A stretch of 64,000 bases of DNA from Patescibacteria group bacterium (GTDB lineage Bacteria > Patescibacteriota > Patescibacteriia > CAIXNZ01). The stretch covers positions 4,638 to 68,637 of the forward strand of contig JBAZJU010000006.1 of assembly GCA_041651155.1 (NCBI GenBank), written 5' to 3'. Every line of letters starts with the position of its first letter. The first letter of the stretch is position 1. Shown in pieces: positions 1-9,410 of this stretch. The position numbers were made by a program, and so were the translations under genes. The notes under the pieces were generated by a model. It had not been told where the DNA came from. It did no database searches and saw nothing but the letters and a program-made list of their open reading frames with translations.

Positions 1-399
1 AAATTGCCTTTAGTTTATGGAGACAAAAAGTTGGATAACGAAAAGGTTATCAATGCGATCAAATCAGTCGGGCTTTATCATCGGCTCAATAATTTGTCAA
101 ACCAGCTGTCAGGCGGAGAAAAACAGAGAGTGGCGATTGCCCGAGCCCTGGTCAATGAGCCTTCAATTATTTTTGCAGATGAGCCGACTGGAAATTTGGA
201 CAGTAAATCCGGCAAACAGATCATGGAAATCCTGCAGGATTTAAACGATGAGGGTAAAACAATTGTCTTAGTAACACATGAACAATATACAGCCGAGCAT
301 GCGCAAAGGATTATTAGAATCAGAGATGGAGATATTGTCGGAGATATTCAGGTCGCCGAAAGGCTTTTTGCCAAAATGGAAGACCAACTGACAAAATAA
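1..399 (+). CDS. ABC transporter ATP-binding protein, C-terminal part (5' end outside window); MacB/LolD-like ATPase partner of the downstream FtsX permeases
   Basis: ABC signature LSGGEKQRVAIARAL, Walker B IIFADEPTGNLD, H-loop LVTHE. Reading frame is open from base 1 (aaa precedes first ATG in frame). Confidence 0.9.
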   Translation, partial: KLPLVYGDKKLDNEKVINAIKSVGLYHRLNNLSNQLSGGEKQRVAIARALVNEPSIIFADEPTGNLDSKSGKQIMEILQDLNDEGKTIVLVTHEQYTAEHAQRIIRIRDGDIVGDIQVAERLFAKMEDQLTK

Positions 400-420
400 T
401 GCGAATCTGCGAATAATGCG

Positions 421-524
421 AATTTACGAATGAAGTAATAGAAGTACAATTCGTATATTCGCCTGCCTGCCCTGCCTACCGGCAGGCAGGCGGTAGGCAG
501 GTACAAATTCGTAATTTCGTAGGA
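421..524. repeat. Intergenic repeat family A copy 1: imperfect palindrome of tacgaat/attcgta motifs around a GC-rich interlocked inverted repeat (cctgcctgccctgcctaccggcaggcaggcggtaggcagg), ending in aattcgtaatttcgtagga
   Basis: Seen directly; near-identical copies at 5536-5610 and a shortened copy at 17936-17986, each just upstream of a + strand start codon. Confidence 0.6.
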
Positions 525-579
525 GCATTAACTTGCCAAGCACACAAACCAAGTCCAAGCACAAACAAGCTCAAAACCT

Positions 580-1821
580 ATGCAGTTATCATCCTTACTA
601 AAAATTTCATACACAGCCTTGCTGTCAAAAAAATCCCGAACGTTTTTAACAATGCTCGGGATTATTATTGGCATTGCTTCAGTGATTATTATTATGTCAG
701 TCGGCGCAGGCGCGCAAAGTTTAATTGTAAATCAGATCAAAAGCCAGGGCTCAAACTTGATTGCTATTTTTCCCGGCAAAAGTGATGAAAAAGGACCGCC
801 GCCGAGTGTAATGGGGATTGTAAATACTAGTCTTAAAAATGAAGATATTGATGCGCTAATGAATCCTAATAATGCTCCGCATGTGGTAGCAGCTACAGGC
901 TATAATTCGGGCAGCGCCACATTTTCCTGGCGCGACCAGCAAATGGACGGCACATTCAACGGCGTGAACAGTTTTTTCCCGATTGTGGATGACGCGCCAG
1001 TGGCAGAGGGCAGGTTTTTTACAAAAGAAGAAAATATGTCTTTGGCCAGAGTGGCCATAATCGGCAGCCAGGCTAAGCTTGATCTTTTTGGCGATGCTGA
1101 TCCATTGGGCCAAGAAATAAAAATGAAAAGGGTCTCATTCACAGTTATCGGGGTGATGCCGGCCAGGGGCACGCGAGGCTTTCAAAATCAAGACAGTTTG
1201 ATATTTGTCCCGCAAAATACGGCGCAAAAACTTTTATTAGGCATAAATTATAGTTCTTTGGCCAGGGTCAAAGTGGATAGTGAAAGTAATTTAAATGTAA
1301 CAATCAATGATATTACTTTAACCTTGCGCGAAAGGCATGGCATCACTGATCCTGCCAATGATGATTTTACCATCAGGTCGCAGCAGGATTCTTTAAATGT
1401 GCTGCTATCAGTGACAGATGCTATTAAATTTTTTTTGGCAGCCATTGCCGCCATTTCATTGATAGTTGGCGGCGTGGGCATTATGAATATAATGCTTGTC
1501 TCGGTTTCTGAACGAACTCGGGAAATCGGCCTGAGAAAAGCTGTAGGCGCAAAAAGCAGCTCGATTTCCCTGCAATTTTTAGTTGAATCAGTGATTGTGA
1601 CTTTACTGGGCGGAATTATTGGAATTATTGCCGGCGCAGCGCTCTCGATTTTAGTTGCTTTGGTTGCCCGTTATTTAGGCTATGATTGGGATCTGGCGAT
1701 TTCAATCACTTCTATTTTATTAGCGACTTCTATTTCTATTATAATTGGTTTAATTTTTGGCATTTATCCGGCGCAAAGAGCAGCAAGATTAAATCCGATT
1801 GAGGCTTTGCGTTACGAGTAA
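580..1821 (+). CDS. ABC transporter permease, FtsX/MacB family (N-terminal TM, large periplasmic MacB-like domain, C-terminal FtsX 3-TM bundle)
   Basis: 413 aa. N-terminal TM LTMLGIIIGIASVIIIMSVGAG, conserved REIGLRKAVGA motif before the C-terminal TM helices, downstream of ABC ATPase. Confidence 0.85.
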   Translation: MQLSSLLKISYTALLSKKSRTFLTMLGIIIGIASVIIIMSVGAGAQSLIVNQIKSQGSNLIAIFPGKSDEKGPPPSVMGIVNTSLKNEDIDALMNPNNAPHVVAATGYNSGSATFSWRDQQMDGTFNGVNSFFPIVDDAPVAEGRFFTKEENMSLARVAIIGSQAKLDLFGDADPLGQEIKMKRVSFTVIGVMPARGTRGFQNQDSLIFVPQNTAQKLLLGINYSSLARVKVDSESNLNVTINDITLTLRERHGITDPANDDFTIRSQQDSLNVLLSVTDAIKFFLAAIAAISLIVGGVGIMNIMLVSVSERTREIGLRKAVGAKSSSISLQFLVESVIVTLLGGIIGIIAGAALSILVALVARYLGYDWDLAISITSILLATSISIIIGLIFGIYPAQRAARLNPIEALRYE

Positions 1822-1912
1822 TACTACAGATTACAGATTCTTACAGATATACGAATACAAATTGATAATCAAATCTGTAAATCTGTACGTATCCGTAATC
1901 TGTAGTAGAATT
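1822..1912. repeat. Long imperfect inverted repeat (tactacagattacagattcttacagat ... atctgtaaatctgtacgtatccgtaatctgtagtag) between the two permease genes; possible terminator/attenuator or regulatory palindrome
   Basis: Reverse-complement symmetry is visible by eye around a central tacgaat...attgataatcaaat core. Confidence 0.4.
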
Positions 1913-1927
1913 TAACAAAAAGTAATT

Positions 1928-3196
1928 ATGAACATACCAATCTGGTTAGAACAATTTGAAACGCCAGTTCAGATAGCAAAACAAGCGCTATTAAGAAACA
2001 AGGTCAGAACAATCCTGTCCATTTTAGGCGTGGTCATTGGCATTGCCGCTGTGATTATTGTTTTATCGGTCGGGCAGGGGATAAAGGGGTTTTTAATCGG
2101 ACAACTGACAACATTTGGCACTGATTATGTTGAAGTTGAAGTAAAAGTGCCTTCAACCAGCCATGTTTCAACGGAAAATGCCATTGGCATGGCTACGGGC
2201 ATCCAAATTACAACTCTGAAAGATTCTGACATGAAAGCCATTTTAAAATTAGACAATGTTAAAAATGCTTATTCAGGTTCTTTAACTCAGCAGATAACTT
2301 CTTATCAAAGCCAGAATAAACAGACCTTTATTTTTGCAGTCAGTCCTTCATTTATTGAGATTGATCCGACTAAAATTGAGCAAGGCAGGTTTTTTACTGT
2401 TGATGAAGATAATGCCATGGCCAAAGTGGCTGTCTTGGGTCCGAATTTGAAAAAAACTTTGTTTGGCGATGAAGATGCGATTGGCAAGCAAATCAAAGTC
2501 GGCAAAAATACTTTTAAAGTCATTGGCGTGACAGCTCCAAAAGGCTCTCAGTCGTTTTTTGACTTTGATTCTATGTTGTATCTGCCAATTAATACTGTGC
2601 AAAAATTAATTACCGGCGTTGATTATGTAACCTTTATTTTCGTGCAGTTAAAAGATATTTCACAAGCTGAAATCACGGCTGCTGATATCACTTCCTTAAT
2701 GCGCGATCTGCACAAAATTACTGACCCGAATAAAGATGATTTTGCAGTCGTCACTTCAGCCGAGGCTATGGATATGTTAAATACTGTAGTTGGCGCGATA
2801 ACCTTGTTATTAATTGCTATTGCCGGCATTTCACTGGTTGTGGGCGGCATTGGCATTATGAATATTATGTATGTGTCAGTGGCTGAACGCACTTTTGAAA
2901 TTGGTTTGCGAAAAGCAGTAGGCGCTAAAAGCGCTGACATTTTGCGGCAATTTTTAATGGAAGCGATTTTTGTGACTTTTTCCGGCGGGATTGTGGGCAT
3001 AATTATTGGTTCATTGGTTTCTTATCTGATTGCTGTAATTTCAACTTACTTGGGTTTTAGCTGGCAATTTGTGATGTCGCCATTGTATTTGCTTTTGGCC
3101 TGCGGAGTCTCCATAATGGTTGGCGTAATCTCTGGTTTGTATCCCGCGCGGAGCGCGGCTAAATTGGATCCGATTGTGGCCTTGCGGCAAGAGTAA
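1928..3196 (+). CDS. ABC transporter permease, FtsX/MacB family (paralog of preceding gene)
   Basis: 422 aa. Same architecture and same ERTFEIGLRKAVGAKS motif as 580-1821; tandem paralogs. Confidence 0.85.
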   Translation: MNIPIWLEQFETPVQIAKQALLRNKVRTILSILGVVIGIAAVIIVLSVGQGIKGFLIGQLTTFGTDYVEVEVKVPSTSHVSTENAIGMATGIQITTLKDSDMKAILKLDNVKNAYSGSLTQQITSYQSQNKQTFIFAVSPSFIEIDPTKIEQGRFFTVDEDNAMAKVAVLGPNLKKTLFGDEDAIGKQIKVGKNTFKVIGVTAPKGSQSFFDFDSMLYLPINTVQKLITGVDYVTFIFVQLKDISQAEITAADITSLMRDLHKITDPNKDDFAVVTSAEAMDMLNTVVGAITLLLIAIAGISLVVGGIGIMNIMYVSVAERTFEIGLRKAVGAKSADILRQFLMEAIFVTFSGGIVGIIIGSLVSYLIAVISTYLGFSWQFVMSPLYLLLACGVSIMVGVISGLYPARSAAKLDPIVALRQE

Positions 3197-3230
3197 AAAG
3201 GGAAAGAAGAGTAAAAAGGGTAAAAGGGGT

Positions 3231-3290
3231 GGCGGCTAAGGGCGCTCAATTAATTTAATTAATTGGGTTTAAATCTCGCCCTTAGCCGCC
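3231..3290. terminator. Hairpin element copy 1: 14-bp perfect stem ggcggctaagggcg / cgcccttagccgcc with a 32-nt AT-rich palindromic loop, followed by tttaaattt; part of a ~75-95 bp direct repeat also present at 4520-4600
   Basis: Seen directly; second copy differs by one base in the loop. Confidence 0.5.
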
Positions 3291-3459
3291 TTTAAATTTG
3301 AGGGAAAATTCGTATTATTTGTAGCGGATTTGTAGATTAGTATCCTATTGACTTTTTTGTTTTAAAATGTAAACTTACTTTAATAAGAGTTCTTTGAAAG
3401 CGTCAGTAGGCGCTAAAACTCAAAAAAATGGGTTTTTAACCCAAAGAAGGAGAATGGCG

Positions 3460-4284
3460 ATGGGAGAAAATCGTCAGGAAGATTTGTCTGTACAGGCAGA
3501 TCAAAAGTTTGGTCGGCAACTAAAGGAGATCATCGGCCAGTATCTGGCAGGTGATTTAACAGATAAACATTTACAAGGACTGATTGAGCACCGTAATACT
3601 TTTGACGCAATTGAATATCCTGAGTTGGATTTTGCGGTCAAAGTTTTAGGCGAAAACAAAGTAGTCAGTTCTAATGAAGCAGCTATTGCTTGGGAACTGG
3701 ACCCTGAAGGAAAAATTTGGCCTGTTGAAGTATTGGAAAATTTGGTGAAGATCAGATATTCCAAGGCAACCTTGCGCAAGGCAGCCAAAGAAAACAGAAA
3801 GGGCTTAGCTGATTGGCGACTTATCTATATCCATGGTACGAGCCTGCGTGAACAGCGCGAAAAGCGCGGCACAGACCAAGGCAAACAACCCTGTTTTTAC
3901 AAAGAGGGCATTTGGTGGCTGAAAGCCTCGGAGGACAAATGGGCGACTCATAAGCCCCAAGCCGGATACTACCTCATCAATTGTTGCGGCCAGTTCGGCA
4001 ATCTGGACTGGAAGTCGCAGGAGCAGGAGATAGCCAAACTCGGCAAGGAGTATGAGCGTTGCCATGAAACAGTTTTCAGTGAAGCCATTTTGACCATTTA
4101 TATGGTTTATAATGGTGAGCGGATTGCTGAGAAATGGTATCACTGGGGAATTTCGTTGGCTTCCGATGGCGACCGCGTCTTCGTCGGCGATCTGGTTGCC
4201 ATTGGCCTCGGTGTCAGCAACCGCTGGGATGGCTTCTCCAATCAAGACCTGCGTGTCGCGCTCGCCTGGAAGTTTGACTATTGA
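3460..4284 (+). CDS. Hypothetical protein, conspicuously GC-rich 3' half relative to the surrounding genome; no recognisable domain
   Basis: ORF 3394-4284. Start placed at ATG 3460 (MGENRQ) because GAAGGAG sits 7 nt upstream; ATG 3454 is too close to the SD. Local GC far above neighbours (e.g. gaccgcgtcttcgtcggcgatctggttgccattggcctcgg). Confidence 0.6.
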   Translation: MGENRQEDLSVQADQKFGRQLKEIIGQYLAGDLTDKHLQGLIEHRNTFDAIEYPELDFAVKVLGENKVVSSNEAAIAWELDPEGKIWPVEVLENLVKIRYSKATLRKAAKENRKGLADWRLIYIHGTSLREQREKRGTDQGKQPCFYKEGIWWLKASEDKWATHKPQAGYYLINCCGQFGNLDWKSQEQEIAKLGKEYERCHETVFSEAILTIYMVYNGERIAEKWYHWGISLASDGDRVFVGDLVAIGLGVSNRWDGFSNQDLRVALAWKFDY

Positions 4285-4330
4285 CCCTTGAACACTTGAC
4301 CTTTTTGAATTTTTGAACCTTGAATTTTTT

Positions 4331-4365
4331 CCCCGTTGGATTTATATCTGGCGGGGATTTTTTTG
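4331..4365 (+). terminator. Rho-independent terminator candidate (ccccg ... cgggg stem then T8) after the GC-rich gene
   Basis: Stem ccccgttggatttatatctggcgggg followed by attttttt. Confidence 0.5.
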
Positions 4366-4519
4366 TAATGCGAATGTTTGAATGCTAATGGTGCTAATAT
4401 AGAATTTGAATGTTTTTATGTTATCGCGGACTTTAGTCCGCGAAGTACACGGAGTAATTACGGGGATTAAAGTCCCCTGTAAAGATACCCCTAATTTACT
4501 AATAAGTTATTTTAAATGC

Positions 4520-4579
4520 GGCGGCTAAGGGCGCTCAATTAATTTAGTTAATTGGGTTTAAATCTCGCCCTTAGCCGCC
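4520..4579. terminator. Hairpin element copy 2 (same 14-bp stem and loop as 3231-3290)
   Basis: Near-identical direct repeat of 3231-3300, so the GC-rich gene is bracketed by the two copies. Confidence 0.5.
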
Positions 4580-4634
4580 TTTTTAAATTTAGGGAAATTC
4601 GTATATTTGTATATTATTCGTAATTCGTAGAGCA

Positions 4635-4661
4635 TTAGCAGTCCCACTTGACGAGTGCTAA
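4635..4661. promoter_or_regulatory. CIRCE operator (HrcA binding site) TTAGCAGTC-N9-GAGTGCTAA, one mismatch to consensus TTAGCACTC-N9-GAGTGCTAA; a TATAAT hexamer lies at 4673-4678
   Basis: Inverted repeat read directly upstream of hrcA; CIRCE is the established operator of HrcA-controlled hrcA-grpE-dnaK operons. Confidence 0.7.
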
Positions 4662-4756
4662 CTGGCTAATGTATAATACAAATGTTACGAATCTATGCTA
4701 ATGCTACGAATTATATTCGAGTCATTCGCATAATTCGTAGATTCGCATTTTTATAT

Positions 4757-5452
4757 ATGAACGAGCGTCAAAAAAAGTTATTAAACCTCATCATTAACGA
4801 GCACATTAATACAGCCGAGCCCGTTGGTTCAGGTTTTTTGGTTGAAAGTACTGGCTTAGAGTTGTCATCAGCCACTGTCAGAAATGAAATGGCTGATTTG
4901 GAAAAAGAAGGTTTTATTTATCAGCCGCACACTTCAGCCGGCCGCGTCCCGACTGAAAAGGGCTACCAGTTTTTCGTTGATAATTTTGTGGAAAAGCGGG
5001 CAATTAAAGCGACCTGGTTAAAATCATTTGAACAGGTTTTAAAAGGCAAGTTGCAGAATGACCAGCTTTTAAAACAATTAGCCAAAGAAGTGGTGGAATT
5101 AGCTGATGCCACAGTGATTGTGGCTTTTGATAAAGAAAATATTTATTACACGGGTTTATCCAATTTATTTAAAAAGCCGGAATTTAGCGAGCAGAATTTA
5201 ATTCAGGATATTTCCGAAGTCATTGATCATTTGGATGAGGAAGTGGCCAAAATTTTTGATAAAATAAATAAAGTTGAAATTTTGATAGGCAAGAAAAATC
5301 CATTTGGCAATGATTGTTCGTCAATCATCGGCAAATATCAGTTGAAAGATAAAAAGTCAGGTTTGTTTATAATTCTGGGGCCAAAGAGAATGGATTATGG
5401 GAAAAATTTGGCTTTGGTGGAATATATACGCAATTCGCTAATCAAGATTTAA
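4757..5452 (+). CDS. hrcA: Heat-inducible transcription repressor HrcA
   Basis: Start chosen at MNERQKKLLNLIINEHINTAEPVGSGFLVE, a typical HrcA N-terminus with winged-helix. ORF track extends to 4682, but that region overlaps the CIRCE/promoter. Followed by grpE-dnaK. Confidence 0.8.
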   Translation: MNERQKKLLNLIINEHINTAEPVGSGFLVESTGLELSSATVRNEMADLEKEGFIYQPHTSAGRVPTEKGYQFFVDNFVEKRAIKATWLKSFEQVLKGKLQNDQLLKQLAKEVVELADATVIVAFDKENIYYTGLSNLFKKPEFSEQNLIQDISEVIDHLDEEVAKIFDKINKVEILIGKKNPFGNDCSSIIGKYQLKDKKSGLFIILGPKRMDYGKNLALVEYIRNSLIKI

Positions 5453-5535
5453 TGCTTTTGGATAGATTGAAATGACAAATGACAAAATTCAAATAACAAA
5501 TAAATACTAAATAACAAATTTCAAATCCCAAAACA

Positions 5536-5610
5536 ATTTGTATATTCACCTGCCTGCCCTGCCTACCGGCAGGCAGGCGGCAGGCAGGTACTAATTCGTA
5601 ATTTCGTAGG
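5536..5610. repeat. Intergenic repeat family A copy 2 (ttgtatattcacc-tgcctgccctgcctaccggcaggcaggcggcaggcaggtactaattcgtaatttcgtagga), 6 nt before grpE start
   Basis: Near-identical to 448-524. Confidence 0.6.
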
Positions 5611-5615
5611 AAAAT

Positions 5616-6095
5616 ATGACAGATGAAAAAGAACAACCAAACAACAATCAGCCAACCGAATTAGCCAGGCTCCAGGCCCAATGCGACGAGTATTTAAACG
5701 GCTGGAAAAGGGCCAAGGCTGATTATATTAATTTTAAAAAAGAAACTGAAGATAAACAGGCAATGCTTTTTGAATTTGCCAATGCCACTTTATTAATGGA
5801 AGTTTTGCCGATTTATGATAATTTGAAAAAAGCAATTTTAGTCGCTGGGGAAGAAAAAAATAATTGGCTGGAAGGGATTAAACAAATTAAAAAGCAGCTG
5901 GAAGATTTATTAAAAGATCATGGCGTTGAGGAAATAAAAACTTTGGGTGAGAAATTTAATCCAGAGTTTCACGAAGCGATTTCCAAAGAAAAAAAGGAAG
6001 GCGTTGAAGCTGATACCATTATTGTTGAATTAAGTTCCGGTTATTTATTAAAAGGCAAGGTTTTGGTTGCGGCCAAAGTAATTGTGGCAGAATAA
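5616..6095 (+). CDS. grpE: Nucleotide exchange factor GrpE
   Basis: 159 aa, coiled-coil N-terminus, position between hrcA and dnaK, GrpE-like C-terminal motif (LKGKVLVAAKV). Confidence 0.85.
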   Translation: MTDEKEQPNNNQPTELARLQAQCDEYLNGWKRAKADYINFKKETEDKQAMLFEFANATLLMEVLPIYDNLKKAILVAGEEKNNWLEGIKQIKKQLEDLLKDHGVEEIKTLGEKFNPEFHEAISKEKKEGVEADTIIVELSSGYLLKGKVLVAAKVIVAE

Positions 6096-6271
6096 TAATT
6101 GAAGCCATTGGCCATAAAGCTCGGCCTAGGCTGGTTATTATGTTGTTTTACAAAAACAAGCTAAAACTAGGCCGAAGCCTGGCCATTTGGCATTGGTACT
6201 ATGAAAATTTTATTAAAAAAGAAAAAGCCGTAGTGTTTAGGCTACGGCATAAAGCTGGCGTATAGGTTGAA

Positions 6272-6553
6272 CTAATTGTTTTTCTTTTGGTTATACCAGG
6301 GAATGAGCACTGAGACGAGGTCGGCCGGTGATTGAAGGATTGCTTCTTGCCCAAGAAAGGTAATTTGTTTTTCTTCTCCTGGTACAAGGCAGAACACATG
6401 GTTGGGAATACCCCGCAGTTCTTGTTTGGCGCTTATTTGTTTTTTGCCTTTAAGCAAGTCTGGGTGAACGAAAACCATTCGGCCTTTTGTTGCGGGTTTT
6501 TGCAATCCCACGTACCCCTTTGAATGCAAAGCTCTTACTGTTTCTCCCGGCAT
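6272..6553 (-). CDS. Small hypothetical protein (93 aa) on opposite strand between grpE and dnaK; weak resemblance to HicA-like toxin N-terminal pattern
   Basis: Strong SD (AAGGAGG) 8 nt upstream of ATG at 6553 on minus strand. Pattern ETVRALHSKGYVGL...KGRMVFVHPD loosely resembles HicA (ELIKLLEEDGW...GSHHHFKHP) but lacks GSH; family assignment not reliable. Confidence 0.45.
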   Translation of the reverse strand: MPGETVRALHSKGYVGLQKPATKGRMVFVHPDLLKGKKQISAKQELRGIPNHVFCLVPGEEKQITFLGQEAILQSPADLVSVLIPWYNQKKNN

Positions 6554-6720
6554 TATCCTTTTTCCTCCTTTTTGTTTTTTGGTAGTTTTATAGGATAAGT
6601 ATAAAATACCATTTTTAGGATAACAGGCTGAAATAGATTTGTCAATAAATAAATTTGGAAAATCTGAAATCTGTGTGTTTCAGCTTTCAGCTTTCATAAT
6701 TAATAATTAATAAAAAAAAT

Positions 6721-8649
6721 ATGTCAAAAATTCTAGGTATTGACCTGGGAACTACAAATTCCTGTATGGCCATTATTGAAGGGGGTGAACCAAAAGTTTT
6801 AGAAAATAAAGAAGGTTCAAGAACCACGCCTTCTATTGTGGCGATTTCTAAAACAGGGGAGCGTTTAGTCGGCCAGTTAGCCAAAAGGCAGGCTGTGACC
6901 AATCCCTCTAACACAATTTTTTCCATTAAACGCTTGATTGGCAGGCGCTGGACAGATCCTGAAGTGCAAAAAGATAAAGAAACTTTGCCTTACAAAATCA
7001 TTCAAGCTGGTGATGGCGTTAAGGTGGCCATGAATGGCCAGGAATTTACGCCTCAGGAAATTTCAGCCATGATTTTGCAGAAATTAAAAGCTGATGCTGA
7101 GGAAAAACTGGGTGAAAAAATTACCGAAGCAATTATTACTGTCCCGGCTTATTTTGATGATTCGCAAAGACAGGCAACTAAGGATGCTGGCAGAATCGCT
7201 GGTCTGGAAGTTAAAAGAATTATTAATGAACCAACCGCTGCTGCTTTGGCCTATGGTTTTGATAAAAAAAAGGATCAGCAGATCGCTGTTTATGATTTAG
7301 GCGGCGGTACTTTTGATATTTCCATTTTAGATGTCTCAGCAAATACCGTGGAAGTTAAATCTACTAATGGCGATACTCATTTGGGCGGTGATGATTTTGA
7401 TAAAACAATTATTGATTGGATACTTGCAGAATTTAAAAGGCAAAGCGGGATTGATATTTCCAAAGATCCCATGGCTTTGCAAAGAATTAAAGAAGCTGGT
7501 GAAAAAGCCAAGATTGAATTATCTACTGCCGTGGAAACTGAAATCAACCAGCCTTTTATTACTCAGGGTTCTGATGGCAGTCCTGTTCATTTGGTCATGA
7601 AAATAACCCGCGCCAAACTGGAAGAATTAGTCGGCGATTTGGTGGACAAAACAATGGAGCCGGTGAAAAAAGCCTTGGCTGACGCTGGTTTAAAGCCAGG
7701 CGAAATTGAAGAAGTGGTTATGGTCGGCGGCATGACTCGTATGCCTTTAGTCCAGAAAAAAGTAGAAGAATTTTTTGGCAGAAAGCCACATCTGGGAGTT
7801 AATCCTGATGAAGTGGTCGCTGTTGGCGCTGCTGTCCAGGCCGGTGTTTTGCAGGGCGAAGTTAAAGATGTGCTTTTGCTTGATGTCACGCCTTTGTCAT
7901 TGGGCATTGAAACAATGGGCGGGATTGCCACCAAATTAATAACCAGAAATACTACGATCCCAACTGCCAAATCTCAGATATTTTCCACTGCTGCTGATTC
8001 GCAGACTTCAGTGGAAGTTAATGTTTTACAAGGCGAGCGCGAAATGGCTGCTGATAATAAATCACTTGGCCGCTTTATTTTGTCTGGCATACCTCCAGCG
8101 CCAAGAGGCGTGCCACAAGTTGAAGTGACTTTTGACCTTGATGCTAATGGCATTTTAAATGTTAAGGCAGTTGATAAAGCCACTAATAAAGAGCAGAAAA
8201 TCACAATTACTGCTTCTTCCGGTTTATCCAAGGAAGAAATTGACAAAATGCAAAAAGATGCGGAACTGCATGCTGAAGAAGATAAAAAGAAAAAGGAATT
8301 GATTGAAGCCAAAAATTCCGCTGACACTTTAATTTACTCAACTGAAAAAACCTTAAATGAATTAGGCGACAAGGTTAATGCTGATTTGAAAAAAGAAGTG
8401 CTGGATAAGATTGAGGAATTGAAAAAGGTGAAAGATGGTAATGATGCCGAAGTGATTAAAAAAGCTAATGACGCGGTCATGCAATCTGCACAGAAAGTTG
8501 GAGCGGAAATGTACAAGAACCAGCAGGAAGCCCAGGCAAAAGCTGGCACGCAACCTGGCCAAGGCCAAGGTGAGCCTGGCGCAGAAGAACCTAAGAAAGA
8601 TGAAGAAAAGAAGAGTCCTGAAGAGGGTGAATTTACCGAAAAGAAATAA
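6721..8649 (+). CDS. dnaK: Molecular chaperone DnaK (Hsp70)
   Basis: 642 aa. [19 protein letters not shown], full NBD+SBD, acidic GEP-rich C-terminal tail. Confidence 0.97.
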   Translation: MSKILGIDLGTTNSCMAIIEGGEPKVLENKEGSRTTPSIVAISKTGERLVGQLAKRQAVTNPSNTIFSIKRLIGRRWTDPEVQKDKETLPYKIIQAGDGVKVAMNGQEFTPQEISAMILQKLKADAEEKLGEKITEAIITVPAYFDDSQRQATKDAGRIAGLEVKRIINEPTAAALAYGFDKKKDQQIAVYDLGGGTFDISILDVSANTVEVKSTNGDTHLGGDDFDKTIIDWILAEFKRQSGIDISKDPMALQRIKEAGEKAKIELSTAVETEINQPFITQGSDGSPVHLVMKITRAKLEELVGDLVDKTMEPVKKALADAGLKPGEIEEVVMVGGMTRMPLVQKKVEEFFGRKPHLGVNPDEVVAVGAAVQAGVLQGEVKDVLLLDVTPLSLGIETMGGIATKLITRNTTIPTAKSQIFSTAADSQTSVEVNVLQGEREMAADNKSLGRFILSGIPPAPRGVPQVEVTFDLDANGILNVKAVDKATNKEQKITITASSGLSKEEIDKMQKDAELHAEEDKKKKELIEAKNSADTLIYSTEKTLNELGDKVNADLKKEVLDKIEELKKVKDGNDAEVIKKANDAVMQSAQKVGAEMYKNQQEAQAKAGTQPGQGQGEPGAEEPKKDEEKKSPEEGEFTEKK

Positions 8650-8686
8650 TATTGATTTATTTTTCGGTACTTCATAATAAACCACT

Positions 8687-9388
8687 ATGAAAAAAATTAT
8701 TTTTAGTATCGTGATATTGTTTGTTGCTATCCCAGTTTTAGTAAACGCTAGGTCTGGTTGCTGTTCTCATCATGGTGGTGTCTGCGGATGCTCTTGCTGT
8801 GATGGTTCGGCTTTATCAGCAACATGCGCGCCATATTATCCAGAGTGCAATTCTGCCCCAGTTGCTTATTGTGGCGATTATTTATGTAATAATAACGAAA
8901 CTTGTAATACTTGCCCCAAAGATTGTGGCTCTTGTCCTGCTCCAGTAGAATATTGTGGCGATGGAGTCTGTAATAATAATGAGACATGCCTGTTATGCTC
9001 TAAAGATTGTGGTTCCTGTCCCACCCCAGAACAATATTGTGGTGATGGAACCTGTAATAATGATGAAACCTGTTTATCTTGTTCTAAAGACTGTGGTTTA
9101 TGCCCGACTGCCTCGGTAAAAAATAATTCAGTAAATGTCAATGCGGTAAATAATAATCAAGAGAATTTAAATATTCCGAAACAGGAAACAAATACCTTGT
9201 CCACGGAAAGCGATAGTACCGTGCCTGTAAGTTATTCTAGCAATCCCAGTAATTCCGATTCTGCTACTAGTACTGATGGCTCAGAGGCATCTGGAGGCGT
9301 TATAGGCGCGCTATTCTTGGGCATTGTTTATTGGATATACAGAAGTAATAAGAAAAACAAAATAAATAATAATAAAGAAACGAAATAA
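8687..9388 (+). CDS. Cys-rich secreted, membrane-anchored repeat protein: signal peptide, three near-identical YCGDGxCNNxETCxxCxKDCGSCP modules, Ser/Asn-rich linker, C-terminal TM anchor
   Basis: 233 aa, about 35 Cys. The nucleotide sequence shows the triplicated ~60-bp module at roughly 8860-9110. Confidence 0.7.
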   Translation: MKKIIFSIVILFVAIPVLVNARSGCCSHHGGVCGCSCCDGSALSATCAPYYPECNSAPVAYCGDYLCNNNETCNTCPKDCGSCPAPVEYCGDGVCNNNETCLLCSKDCGSCPTPEQYCGDGTCNNDETCLSCSKDCGLCPTASVKNNSVNVNAVNNNQENLNIPKQETNTLSTESDSTVPVSYSSNPSNSDSATSTDGSEASGGVIGALFLGIVYWIYRSNKKNKINNNKETK

Positions 9389-9410
9389 ATTTAATAATTA
9401 ATTTAAAATT

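Noticed and set aside
856-1481. Antisense ORFs (856-1113, 900-1172, 1248-1481 minus) inside the permease gene
   Set aside because: Shadow ORFs within a well-supported FtsX/MacB permease CDS. No SD; amino-acid composition atypical.
4682-4756. N-terminal extension of hrcA proposed by the ORF track
   Set aside because: The extension overlaps the CIRCE/promoter region and encodes an atypical basic peptide; MNERQKK at 4757 matches HrcA N-termini.
7094-8685. Multiple internal and antisense ORFs overlapping dnaK (7094-7300, 7331-7600, 7587-7970 -, 7974-8327 -, 8334-8685 -, 8468-8677)
   Set aside because: dnaK reading frame is unambiguous and continuous; these are frame artefacts of an AT/GA-rich gene.
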